From IMG/VR virus record IMGVR_UViG_3300032116_000013, positions 1-64,000 of that record: a DNA stretch of 64,000 nucleotides. One strand, written 5' to 3'. This DNA comes from a virus. Of this stretch, positions 44,943-53,978 are shown one piece after another (positions within the stretch are counted from its first letter, which is position 1; each line of letters starts with the position of its first letter). Made by a program: the position numbers and the translations under genes. The notes beneath the pieces are model-generated. The model ran no database searches. It had not been told where the DNA came from and worked only from the letters and a program-made list of their open reading frames with translations.

Positions 44943-45452
44943 ATGGCAAAAAACCTAGACGAAAAAGTAGATGAGTTAGAAGCCGCTGTTGATCCGAACA
45001 CGGTCATTAGTATTGGCGGTTACAGTTTCACTCCAGCCAAACTCACGATCGCCGCTGGTATCGTTTCATCTGTCTTGGGTGGTCTTTACGGCATTTTTGA
45101 GTTTTACAAAGACTACATGGACATGAAACAGCAGATTCAAGAATACGTCGCCCCAGACCTATCTGGCATTCAAGAACGCCTGACCGAACTCGAAACAAGA
45201 ATCGAGAATACCGAAACGCTAGTCGCCGAGACCAACGATTACGTCGGTGAAATCCGCACCGATCTAAAGAACGATATCCGAGATATTCAAGCGACCGTAG
45301 ACCTAGCAGACCGTCGAAACAGAGAACTCGAAAGAGAGGTTCTGACGTCAATTCGCTCCATCGACAAGGAAAACGACGCCAATCTGAAGGCGTTGGAAAA
45401 GAAGGTCGATGAGAAGATTCAGAAGGCTCTGGACAATCCTTTAGCCAATTGA
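44943..45452 (+). CDS. single-TM coiled-coil protein
   Basis: TM LTIAAGIVSSVLGGLYGIF then heptad-rich region. Confidence 0.7.
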   Translation: MAKNLDEKVDELEAAVDPNTVISIGGYSFTPAKLTIAAGIVSSVLGGLYGIFEFYKDYMDMKQQIQEYVAPDLSGIQERLTELETRIENTETLVAETNDYVGEIRTDLKNDIRDIQATVDLADRRNRELEREVLTSIRSIDKENDANLKALEKKVDEKIQKALDNPLAN

Positions 45453-45455
45453 AAA

Positions 45456-45463
45456 CCTAAATA
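45456..45463 (+). promoter_or_regulatory. late promoter for lysis/membrane genes
   Basis: CCTAAATA. Confidence 0.6.
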
Positions 45464-45522
45464 AAAGAAGATAATGTCTCTGTAATGGATAGTTGATTTA
45501 TTGGCTTTCCCAGGAGACAACT

Positions 45523-45747
45523 ATGAGTTTATTAGCAGGTCTACGATCAATGGTCGCTGACGGGTGTGACGGTTCCGTTTCATCCAAGCGTGTTATTACT
45601 GCATTGGCAACCTTTCTAGTTGCCCTAGCGTTTTTGTTAAATATGTTTTTTGGATTGACTGTAGATAAGAATATGTACGATTCTATGATGATGATTGTTA
45701 TTGCTGGTTTGGGTACTACTGTTGCAGAGAAATTTGCTAAAAAATAA
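45523..45747 (+). CDS. holin-like two-TM protein
   Basis: SSKRV then two TM helices, basic C-terminus; AGGAG SD. Confidence 0.6.
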   Translation: MSLLAGLRSMVADGCDGSVSSKRVITALATFLVALAFLLNMFFGLTVDKNMYDSMMMIVIAGLGTTVAEKFAKK

Positions 45748-45764
45748 TATATTAGGAGTTTAAA

Positions 45765-46019
45765 ATGGGTACATTACTTGTTGTAGTATTGGTTGCTGTT
45801 GCTGCTTGGGTTGTCTGGAAACTATGGAAGAAGCCTGATCTCAATAACGATGGCGCATTCGATTCCAAGGACGTGGTTGCTGCTGTCAAGGAAGTCGCCG
45901 CTGAAGCCAAGGAAGAAGCCGTTGCCGTTGTCGCAAAGACAGAAGAAGCGGTAACTGAAGTGGTTGAAAAGGCTAAGAAGGCTCGTAAGCCACGCGCACC
46001 AAAGAAGAAAGCAGAGTAA
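45765..46019 (+). CDS. membrane-anchored protein with EF-hand-like motif and Lys/Ala tail
   Basis: N-terminal TM; DLNNDGAFDSKD; ARKPRAPKKK. Confidence 0.65.
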   Translation: MGTLLVVVLVAVAAWVVWKLWKKPDLNNDGAFDSKDVVAAVKEVAAEAKEEAVAVVAKTEEAVTEVVEKAKKARKPRAPKKKAE

Positions 46020-46438
46020 TGCGTTACTTTATTGCATCCACACTTCTAGCGTTCTCAAGTGTAGCAAACGCCAATCCTTACGATTGGAAAATCATCAAAG
46101 TAGCCGATGGCGATACAGTGGTGTTCGAAGCACCATTTATGCCAGCACCACTCAAACCGCAACTCAGTTTGCGCGTTCTTGGTGTTGACACTCCAGAAAA
46201 AGGTGCACGTGCTGGATGCCCATCGGAAGCCGCTGCCGCTGAAAAGGCAAGCGCATTTACCAAAAATCTTGTCGCTAATGCTAAAAAGATTCAAATTGAA
46301 TTGAAAGAGCATGACAAGTTTGGCGGTCGTGTGTTGGGTGACGTGATTATTGATGGTCAGAAACTTTCTGAACTATTGATTAAAAATGGTCACGCTCGTG
46401 CATACTTTGGCGAAAAGAAAGCCAGTTGGTGCGAATAA
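46019..46438 (+). CDS. secreted thermonuclease (SNase family)
   Basis: signal ...VANA; VADGDT, RVLGVDTPE, GRVLG, LIKNGHA. Confidence 0.9.
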   Translation: MRYFIASTLLAFSSVANANPYDWKIIKVADGDTVVFEAPFMPAPLKPQLSLRVLGVDTPEKGARAGCPSEAAAAEKASAFTKNLVANAKKIQIELKEHDKFGGRVLGDVIIDGQKLSELLIKNGHARAYFGEKKASWCE

Positions 46439-46605
46439 TGTACATCTTCGCGCAAGTTGCGGTTCCGTTCATTTGGATTCTTCGTTTACTTGCGGAATTG
46501 TTCCGAGGGTTATCAAATGGCTTTTTCTGGCTGTATGATAAATTCCTCGGAGCAAGCATTTGGCTGAATGATATCACTGAGGCTGAAGTCTGGCCAAAGG
46601 ATTAA
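46438..46605 (+). CDS. small hypothetical membrane-associated protein
   Basis: 55 aa, TAATG coupling. Confidence 0.5.
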   Translation: MYIFAQVAVPFIWILRLLAELFRGLSNGFFWLYDKFLGASIWLNDITEAEVWPKD

Positions 46606-46608
46606 TCT

Positions 46609-47160
46609 ATGTTGATTCCATTACCTTATAAGATCCTCGCAGTCGTTCTTATCGTTGGCGGCGCATTTGCCGCTGGATACAAAAAAGGCATTGCTCAAGG
46701 TGAAGTGGAAATTCAAAGAGCGGCAAACGAAGCAGAAGAACTTTCTATCGCTCTAAAGAAAGAGCAAGCAATGATTCGTGAAGTTGTCAAGGTCGAATAC
46801 GTCGACCGCATCACGAAGATAAAAGAAAAAGAAACGAAGATCATCGAAGCAGCAACCGACACCGTTCCTGGACAGTATGACTTGTCGAACGGTTGGGTTC
46901 ACACGCATAACGCAGCAGCATCACCATCGCTTGAACTTGATCTAAATCTTGCCGCTGATGCAAGCAGTTCATTTGTAAGAGACAACTCAGCACTTATAAC
47001 TGTAACGCAAAACTATGCAATTTGCTTACAAAACGCGCAGCAATTAACTTCACTTCAGAAGTATATCATCGAAGTAAATAATAAGATTGACGAAGAGAAC
47101 GAAAAGCGCGGAATAAATATTAAACTTCCTGATTTACCATGGAAGAAGAAGGAGGGATGA
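46609..47160 (+). CDS. i-spanin (Rz-like)
   Basis: N-terminal TM, coiled coil, GWVHTHNAAA. Confidence 0.75.
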   Translation: MLIPLPYKILAVVLIVGGAFAAGYKKGIAQGEVEIQRAANEAEELSIALKKEQAMIREVVKVEYVDRITKIKEKETKIIEAATDTVPGQYDLSNGWVHTHNAAASPSLELDLNLAADASSSFVRDNSALITVTQNYAICLQNAQQLTSLQKYIIEVNNKIDEENEKRGINIKLPDLPWKKKEG

Positions 47161-47336
47161 TGAAATACCTTCTAGTGATTTTACTTTCATTCAGCCTCGC
47201 TGGTTGTGCAAAACAACTCACGAGATTGATGCCAAAACTTGAAAAATTGGAACCGCCAGCAGAATTGATGGTTCCACCGAAAGATTTGAAAATTATAGAA
47301 AAACCTACGGAGAAACCAAATGGCGACAACTTATAA
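47157..47336 (+). CDS. o-spanin lipoprotein (Rz1-like)
   Basis: lipobox LAGC; Pro-rich PPAELMVPP; follows i-spanin. Confidence 0.75.
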   Translation: MMKYLLVILLSFSLAGCAKQLTRLMPKLEKLEPPAELMVPPKDLKIIEKPTEKPNGDNL

Positions 47337-47649
47337 ATGGGATTTTTATGCATTTGATGTTGCACCTTCAGAAAATGGATATACTGATTTGATTAAATCT
47401 ATAAGTTGGAAGATGATAGCCAATAACGGAACTCATCAGTGCGAAATGCATTCTAAGTTGCCACTAGAATACCCTAATCCTGAAAATTTTATTGCATTTG
47501 AAAATTTAACTGAAGAACAAGTTATTTCTTGGGCAGAAAGTAAAGTTAATGTTGCAGATTTTAAATCTTCTTTGGATTATAGTTTAGAATTGCTCACTAA
47601 TCCTCCGATAGTAACAAAACAAGCACCATGGAATTCTACTTCACCATAA
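47320..47649 (+). CDS. phage hypothetical protein (tail-associated family)
   Basis: YKW...W...FIAFENLTEEQVISW motif. Confidence 0.65.
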   Translation: MATTYKWDFYAFDVAPSENGYTDLIKSISWKMIANNGTHQCEMHSKLPLEYPNPENFIAFENLTEEQVISWAESKVNVADFKSSLDYSLELLTNPPIVTKQAPWNSTSP

Positions 47650-47655
47650 TCTAAA

Positions 47656-47856
47656 ATGTCGCATCTGAGTAATAGCGGCTGTAATTATTTCACGCACCTA
47701 TTCCGTGCGTGGAAGTGGGCATTCATTTTGATTGTTCATGGCTTGTTTCCTTTTATTTGGGAAACAAAGGCGAGTGATGAGATTTGCAAAGATAAAAATA
47801 AAAGAGCGAGAGCATATCTCCTAAAAAATCACTACGGGATAGAAGAAAATGATTGA
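47656..47856 (+). CDS. small hypothetical protein
   Basis: HL...YFTHL...LIVHGLFPF. Confidence 0.6.
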   Translation: MSHLSNSGCNYFTHLFRAWKWAFILIVHGLFPFIWETKASDEICKDKNKRARAYLLKNHYGIEEND

Positions 47857-48193
47857 TTTCGAGGCAAGACTATTGAAAATAGAATCAGATATGGCTGCAA
47901 TGAAAGAGAAGGTTTCTTTCTTCACAGTCATTTATGATAAGTTTGACAAAACTTTAGACAAGTTAGATCAAAGAACTATTGAAGATAAAAAAGAACTTCA
48001 TGATATGATGGACGAATTGCGTTCAGATATTATGACTGAAATAAAAGCAATGCGCGCTGAAGTTGCTGATCAACATCTAGCGCAAGCGAAGAAGATAGAA
48101 GATTTAAACAAGTGGCGTTGGGTTGTAATGGGCGGTGCAGTTGTAGTTGGTTGGGTCCTATCAAAATTAGGGTTGCCTTTTCCTATCAAATAG
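47849..48193 (+). CDS. coiled-coil protein with C-terminal TM
   Basis: LNKWRWVVMGGAVVVGWVL. Confidence 0.7.
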   Translation: MIDFEARLLKIESDMAAMKEKVSFFTVIYDKFDKTLDKLDQRTIEDKKELHDMMDELRSDIMTEIKAMRAEVADQHLAQAKKIEDLNKWRWVVMGGAVVVGWVLSKLGLPFPIK

Positions 48194-48201
48194 TGTATAA
48201 T
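48173..48201 (+). promoter_or_regulatory. sigma70-type promoter upstream of primase
   Basis: TTGCCT(48173-78)-17-TATAAT(48196-201). Confidence 0.7.
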
Positions 48202-48235
48202 ATAAATCCGTTGGTGTCATTATGATTTTATCTAT

Positions 48236-49297
48236 ATGTCTGTTTATATTGATCGCAAGTATTTGTCTTTTGTATCCACGCGATTAGAGCAGTTCAAGCA
48301 AAAGCAAACTGACCTGTATAATTTCCGTTGCCCATATTGCGGTGATTCCAAGAAGAACAAACTGAAGGCGCGTGGCTATGTTTATCGCAAGTCCAACGAC
48401 TATTTCTTCGTCTGTCACAATTGCAGCAAGTCAACAACTTTTGGAAAATTCCTCGAAAGTATTGATGGCGCAACCTACAAGCAATATGCCCTCGAAAGAT
48501 ACAGCAACGGGGAAACAAAACAGCACAACTACAAGAAGCCCGATTTTGCCGAACTCAAAGGCAATGCGTTCAGCCACTTCCAGTCCACAAGAAGTGGAGA
48601 GGCAACTGAGAAATTGGCGAAAAAATGGAACGAAACTTCACTTGATAGTGTAGAAAAACTACCCTCCGACCACTACGCCAGAGCCTATATAGAAAAGAGG
48701 CGAATTCCTAGCAAGTTTTGGAACGAGATATTTTTCGTTTCAAAATTCAAGGATTTTCTCGACTCTGAATTCCCAAATCACGGCAAAGACGAGGTCCCAA
48801 ACGACGATCGTATTGTACTCTTTTACACTAACGAAAAGGGTGAGATTACAAACGTCGCTGGCAGAGCCTTGTCTGACACCAAGATTCGGTATGTTACGAT
48901 AAAGGTTTCAGATGAGAAGAAGGTGTTTGGATTGCATCGCTTGCGCAAGCAAGAACGTATCTACGTCTTGGAAGGACAGTTTGATTCTTATTTTGTTGAG
49001 AATAGCGTTGCCAGCGGCGATAGTAATTTGGGCGGCGTGGCAGCAGTTCTTCCAGAGTTAGATGTTGTTCTTGTTTATGATAATGAGCCACGAAATCGTG
49101 ACATCGTAAAACAAATTGAAAAATCTGTTGATCTTGGTCACGCGGTTTGTCTTTTTCCTGAGAGTGTAAAAGGAAAAGACGTCAATGAAATGATACAGAA
49201 TGGCTTTACTTCAGACGAAATAAAAAGTATAATAGATACAAATACGGTCAAAGGTTTAGTAGCCAAATTGAGGCTATCGAGTTGGAGAAGGTGCTGA
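48236..49297 (+). CDS. gp61: DNA primase
   Basis: NFRCPYCGDS...CHNC zinc finger; TOPRIM VLEGQFDS, YDNEPRN, KDVNEM. Confidence 0.95.
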   Translation: MSVYIDRKYLSFVSTRLEQFKQKQTDLYNFRCPYCGDSKKNKLKARGYVYRKSNDYFFVCHNCSKSTTFGKFLESIDGATYKQYALERYSNGETKQHNYKKPDFAELKGNAFSHFQSTRSGEATEKLAKKWNETSLDSVEKLPSDHYARAYIEKRRIPSKFWNEIFFVSKFKDFLDSEFPNHGKDEVPNDDRIVLFYTNEKGEITNVAGRALSDTKIRYVTIKVSDEKKVFGLHRLRKQERIYVLEGQFDSYFVENSVASGDSNLGGVAAVLPELDVVLVYDNEPRNRDIVKQIEKSVDLGHAVCLFPESVKGKDVNEMIQNGFTSDEIKSIIDTNTVKGLVAKLRLSSWRRC

Positions 49298-49298
49298 A

Positions 49299-49553
49299 AT
49301 GAGTAACAATCTATCAGATTTGGGAATGGAGATCGTCAATCATCCTATTCTAAAAGTAAGATTACAATTTCACGCAGGTAAGTGGTACGTTGAGTATCAG
49401 CGCAAGCCAAAATATTTTTTTGACAAGTGGTGGTGGTTCGATGACAGCACGTTCACCGAATACAATGATGCATTTGTCAGAGCACAAACATTAGCAGCAC
49501 AAGGTGCAGTAAAAGAATTACAGCATAAGAAGCCAACAATATTTTTGACGTAA
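49299..49553 (+). CDS. hypothetical protein
   Basis: 84-aa ORF between primase and thyX. Confidence 0.65.
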   Translation: MSNNLSDLGMEIVNHPILKVRLQFHAGKWYVEYQRKPKYFFDKWWWFDDSTFTEYNDAFVRAQTLAAQGAVKELQHKKPTIFLT

Positions 49554-49562
49554 GGATTTATT

Positions 49563-50225
49563 ATGAAAGTAAAATTGATTTCGTATTCTAAACCAGTTTT
49601 AGAGGGATTGGAGACACCAACGGACCTTGTTGCTTTTTGCGCAAGAGTTTCCAATCCCTCTAATCAATTTAATAATGAGACCGCAGAAAAACTCATCAAG
49701 TATTTGATCAAGCATCAGCATTGGTCACCACTTGAACTCTGCAACGTTGTTCTTGAAATTGAAACGACACGCGACATTGCTCGCCAAATTTTGCGTCATC
49801 GCAGTTTTTCGTTTCAAGAATTTTCTCAGCGTTATGCTGATCCGACAAACGATCTAAAATTTGTAACACGTCAAGCACGTTTACAAGATCCGAAGAATCG
49901 ACAGAACTCTATTGCTGATGGTGTTGATATCATGTTGCAATATGAATGGGATGCACGTCAACGTGATCTGATTGCACTCGCAGAAACCACTTACCGTTGG
50001 GCTGTAAGAAACGGTATTGCAAAAGAACAAGCACGCGCTGTTCTTCCAGAAGGATTAATTATGTCTCGGATGTACATGAACGGAACATTAAGATCCTGGA
50101 TTCACTATATACAACTCCGTAGTGCTAACGGCACTCAACTGGAACACATGGAAATTGCTAAAGAATGCGCGAAAGTGATTGCTGAGGTATTTCCGCTATC
50201 GAACGAATTTATCGCACAAGAATAA
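49563..50225 (+). CDS. thyX: flavin-dependent thymidylate synthase
   Basis: HWSPLE, RQILRHRSFSFQEFSQRY, KEQARAVLP, NGTLRSW. Confidence 0.96.
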   Translation: MKVKLISYSKPVLEGLETPTDLVAFCARVSNPSNQFNNETAEKLIKYLIKHQHWSPLELCNVVLEIETTRDIARQILRHRSFSFQEFSQRYADPTNDLKFVTRQARLQDPKNRQNSIADGVDIMLQYEWDARQRDLIALAETTYRWAVRNGIAKEQARAVLPEGLIMSRMYMNGTLRSWIHYIQLRSANGTQLEHMEIAKECAKVIAEVFPLSNEFIAQE

Positions 50226-50235
50226 GGAGAAAGAG

Positions 50236-52125
50236 ATGACGACCAGACTTCCCAGCATTTATCAAGATTTTATTCACATTTCACGTTACGCAAGATTCAA
50301 CGATGAATTTGGTCGTCGCGAAACGTGGGATGAGACCGTTGATCGTTACATTAGTTATTTTAAAAATAAGACAAACAATAATAAGAACGTTCCATGGGAT
50401 GAGTTGCGTTCAGCAATTCTAAATCTTGAAGTCATGCCATCAATGCGTTGCTTGATGACTGCTGGTCCTGCTCTAGAAAAAGATCAAGTTGCTGGTTATA
50501 ATTGCTCTTACGTTGCCATTGATACGCCAAAGGCATTTGATGAAGTCATGTACATTCTTATGTGCGGCACTGGCGTTGGATTCTCTGTTGAATCAAAATA
50601 CACGAACAAACTTCCTGAAGTGCCAGAAGAACTTCATGATACTGCCACGACTGTTGTCGTTGCTGACTCCAAGATTGGTTGGGCTTCAGCATATCGCGAA
50701 TTTATTTCGCTTTTGTATTCTGGAAAAGTTGCCAAGTGGGATGTGAGCAAAGTGCGTCCTGCTGGTGAGCGTCTCAAGACTTTCGGTGGTCGTGCAAGTG
50801 GTCCAGAGCCACTCGTCGATCTTCTCAAATTTACCCTTAACATCTTTCAAAAGGCACGTGGTAGGAAACTATCCACGTTGGAGTGTCATGACATCGTCTG
50901 TAAAATTGCTGATATTGTCGTTTGCGGTGGCGTTCGCCGTTCTGCTCTCATTTCTCTTACCGACCTCAACGATGACCACTTGCGTCACGCAAAGTCAGGT
51001 GAATGGTGGACAGCGAACGGTCAAAGAGCGTTGGCAAATATATCAGCGGTGTATGATAAAAAGGTAGACATGGATACATTCATGAACGAATGGCATGCTC
51101 TATACATGTCACGTTCAGGTGAGCGTGGTATTTTCTCACGCGCTGCTTCACAGGCTGTTGCTGCCAAGTACGGTCGTCGCGATCCAAAGCATGACTTTGG
51201 AACCAATCCATGTTCCGAAATTATTTTGCGTCCATTTGAATTCTGTAATCTTTCAGAAATTGTTGTGCGCGCAGAAGATGATGTCGATTCATTGAAGCGT
51301 AAGGCACGTCTTGCCACAATCATTGGCACACTTCAGTCAATGCTTACTGACTTCCGTTACATCAACAAGCGTTGGAAGAATAACTGTGACGAAGAGCGTT
51401 TGCTTGGTGTTTCACTCACAGGCATTTGCGATAACAAGTTGCTCAACAAGCCATCACAGAAACTTGCTGACGCGCTCGATTCAATTCGTGAACATTGCGT
51501 TGCTGTAAACAAGGAGTTTGCTGATGAACTTGGTATTCCACAATCTGCTTCAATCACTTGCGTCAAGCCTTCTGGTACTGTTTCACAGTTGGTTGATTCA
51601 GCCTCAGGCATTCACCCTCGTTATTCTCAATACTATATTCGTCGCGTCCGCGCTGACATGAAGGATCCGCTTGCTCAGTTTATGATTAACAAAGGATACG
51701 TTGCTGAAGAAGATTTCTACAGCAAGAGCAACTGGGTGTTCTCATTCCCAATGAAGGCGCCAAAGAACTGCGTCACTCGTCACGATATGACTGCGATTGA
51801 ACAGTTGGAACTTTGGAAGGTCTATCAGGATCACTGGTGCGAACACAAGCCTTCGATCACCGTATACGTCGGTGATGATGAGTGGATGGATGTTGGTGCA
51901 TGGGTGTTTAAGAACATCGCATCGTTGTCTGGCGTTTCATTCTTGCCACGTGACAATGGTTCTTATCGCCAAGCACCATACGAAGAAATTGATGAAGCGA
52001 AGTATAAGGAACTTCTTGCAACTCAGAATGTTGACATCAACTGGATTGAGTTCATGGAAGAAACCGATACGACGACTTCAGCAAAGGAACTTGCTTGCAC
52101 GGCTGCAGGCGGGTGTGAAATTTAA
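50236..52125 (+). CDS. nrdJ: class II (AdoCbl-dependent) ribonucleotide reductase
   Basis: GGVRRSA, GTNPCSEI, CNLSE, TCVKPSGTVSQL, EHKPS, C-terminal CTAAGGC; no nrdB nearby. Confidence 0.9.
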   Translation: MTTRLPSIYQDFIHISRYARFNDEFGRRETWDETVDRYISYFKNKTNNNKNVPWDELRSAILNLEVMPSMRCLMTAGPALEKDQVAGYNCSYVAIDTPKAFDEVMYILMCGTGVGFSVESKYTNKLPEVPEELHDTATTVVVADSKIGWASAYREFISLLYSGKVAKWDVSKVRPAGERLKTFGGRASGPEPLVDLLKFTLNIFQKARGRKLSTLECHDIVCKIADIVVCGGVRRSALISLTDLNDDHLRHAKSGEWWTANGQRALANISAVYDKKVDMDTFMNEWHALYMSRSGERGIFSRAASQAVAAKYGRRDPKHDFGTNPCSEIILRPFEFCNLSEIVVRAEDDVDSLKRKARLATIIGTLQSMLTDFRYINKRWKNNCDEERLLGVSLTGICDNKLLNKPSQKLADALDSIREHCVAVNKEFADELGIPQSASITCVKPSGTVSQLVDSASGIHPRYSQYYIRRVRADMKDPLAQFMINKGYVAEEDFYSKSNWVFSFPMKAPKNCVTRHDMTAIEQLELWKVYQDHWCEHKPSITVYVGDDEWMDVGAWVFKNIASLSGVSFLPRDNGSYRQAPYEEIDEAKYKELLATQNVDINWIEFMEETDTTTSAKELACTAAGGCEI

Positions 52126-52142
52126 TTTTTGGGTGTATCTTT

Positions 52143-52976
52143 ATGGACTATAGCGAAAAGTTAAAGAATTTTCCATCAATAAATTTTCCGAGCCTAAAAA
52201 CATCTGAGGCTCGTAGAGACAATATGGTTAATCAGTTTATGAAATATGGGCTTACTAAAAGTAATTGTCTAATAACTGAACCATATGAGAAAATTAAACA
52301 AAACTATAAAATTCATTGCTGGTTTACAGATAGCGGATTTTCTGATTATTGTTCGCATGGAATTAATATAGCATTTTTAACTTTAATCAAACATTGGTAT
52401 GATATGGCTGAAGAAGAATATGCTATTTTCGTTGATGATGATACTGATATTTCTACTATTGATTATTGGTCTTTTACCTGGGATGAATTTGTTGCTAATT
52501 TACCTAAAGATTGGGAATGTGTTCAACTTCTAAGAGAAAATCATTGGGATGGAGATACATACATCAAATATGGGATAGAGGAAATTCCATCATTGTCTTT
52601 AAAACTAAAAAGATGGGACGACTTTGGATCATTTTTTATGATGAAAAGAAGTCACGCTAAAAAAATTCTTGACAGACACTATATTTCTAGAACCGAATTA
52701 GTTATGGATATTGTGCCACCAGATAGACCTGACGTGAGACTTTTTCCAATTGTTGAAAATATGCTATTTACTAATCACGGTACAATTTATAATTTTCCTT
52801 TATTTTTAGAGGCAGTTCAATTTTTAGATTCTTCTTTAAATATGAATAATGCTCCAAAAAATAGCGATGTTTACCAAAAATATTATAACTATCACATAAA
52901 ATCATATCAGTATTTTAAAAAATTGTGGGTTGAAACAGGATTAAACACTCCAATACAAAATATGATGAAACTCTAA
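52143..52976 (+). CDS. glycosyltransferase (GT25-like, cyanophage type)
   Basis: SLK.SEARR...EEYAIFVDDD...WSFTW...LPKDWECVQL. Confidence 0.7.
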   Translation: MDYSEKLKNFPSINFPSLKTSEARRDNMVNQFMKYGLTKSNCLITEPYEKIKQNYKIHCWFTDSGFSDYCSHGINIAFLTLIKHWYDMAEEEYAIFVDDDTDISTIDYWSFTWDEFVANLPKDWECVQLLRENHWDGDTYIKYGIEEIPSLSLKLKRWDDFGSFFMMKRSHAKKILDRHYISRTELVMDIVPPDRPDVRLFPIVENMLFTNHGTIYNFPLFLEAVQFLDSSLNMNNAPKNSDVYQKYYNYHIKSYQYFKKLWVETGLNTPIQNMMKL

Positions 52977-52981
52977 CAAAC

Positions 52982-53758
52982 ATGAATTTTTTAGATAAAT
53001 TGAAAAATTTTCCATCGGTCTATGCAATTAATTTACAAGAAAGCATAGATCGAAGGAAATACATGCTAGATCAATTTATAAAATACAATATAAAATATCA
53101 TATCTATGTAACTCCTAGGTTTTCTAGTTTTAAAGATAAAATTGATGTTGTAATTAATTCTCCAAGATTAGAAATCCCAAATCTACACATAGGGGCTACT
53201 ATCTCATTCATAAATGCAATAAAAGCGTGGTACGATAGTTCAGACGAAGAATATGCAATTTTTTGCGAAGATGATATCTCTTTCGAGAGTATAGAATATT
53301 GGAATTTTACTTGGGAAGAATTTTATAGTAAACTACCTTCTGATTGGGAGTGCCTTCAGTTAGTAAGAATGCATTCTGAAATTAACACCAAAACTTTAAG
53401 CGATTTACAGTTAGACTTTAGATGGGGAAGATGGTGGGGTTCTTCTCTCATGATTAAAAGGTCGCACGCTAAAAAATTGTTAGACATTATGTATGTTGGT
53501 CCTGGTAAATATAAAATATCCTCTCAAGATGGGCTATATGATCCTTGTGTTGAAAATTGTTTGATGTTTAATTATAATACTGTATGCAACTTTCCATTGC
53601 TTTTCGAAAATAACTTTGATCACGATCCAGTAGATGGAATAAACGATTCTAATTGGGTTGTTGCTGAAAGTAGAATGATTAGTAACTATATAATACGTCA
53701 TCAATGGAAAACTAAAGGAAAAAGTTTAAATCTTGATGAAATGATGATACTAAAATGA
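52982..53758 (+). CDS. glycosyltransferase (GT25-like), tandem paralog
   Basis: INLQESIDRR...EEYAIFCEDD...WNFTW...LPSDWECLQL. Confidence 0.72.
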   Translation: MNFLDKLKNFPSVYAINLQESIDRRKYMLDQFIKYNIKYHIYVTPRFSSFKDKIDVVINSPRLEIPNLHIGATISFINAIKAWYDSSDEEYAIFCEDDISFESIEYWNFTWEEFYSKLPSDWECLQLVRMHSEINTKTLSDLQLDFRWGRWWGSSLMIKRSHAKKLLDIMYVGPGKYKISSQDGLYDPCVENCLMFNYNTVCNFPLLFENNFDHDPVDGINDSNWVVAESRMISNYIIRHQWKTKGKSLNLDEMMILK

Positions 53759-53782
53759 TGGTTATAATATAGGAGATACGAA

Positions 53783-53968
53783 ATGAAGAAGTTTATTCTA
53801 GTTAGTTTAATTGCTCTTGGTCTTGTTGCTTGTGGTGGAGAGGCTCCGGCACCTGCTGAAGCACCTGCTGCTGATGCTCCAGTGGTAGAGGCTCCTGCCG
53901 AAGAAGTTCCTGCTGAAGGCATTTCTGCTACAGCAACTCCAGCAGAACCAGCCGTTGCTGCTGAGTAA
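53783..53968 (+). CDS. small Ala/Pro/Glu-rich lipoprotein
   Basis: lipobox LVAC; EAPA repeats; AGGAG SD. Confidence 0.75.
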   Translation: MKKFILVSLIALGLVACGGEAPAPAEAPAADAPVVEAPAEEVPAEGISATATPAEPAVAAE

Positions 53969-53978
53969 TAGGTGATTT

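Noticed and set aside
20473-52125. Introns or inteins in gp43, gp41, primase, thyX or nrdJ
   Set aside because: All are continuous ORFs of normal length with no intein or homing-endonuclease motifs
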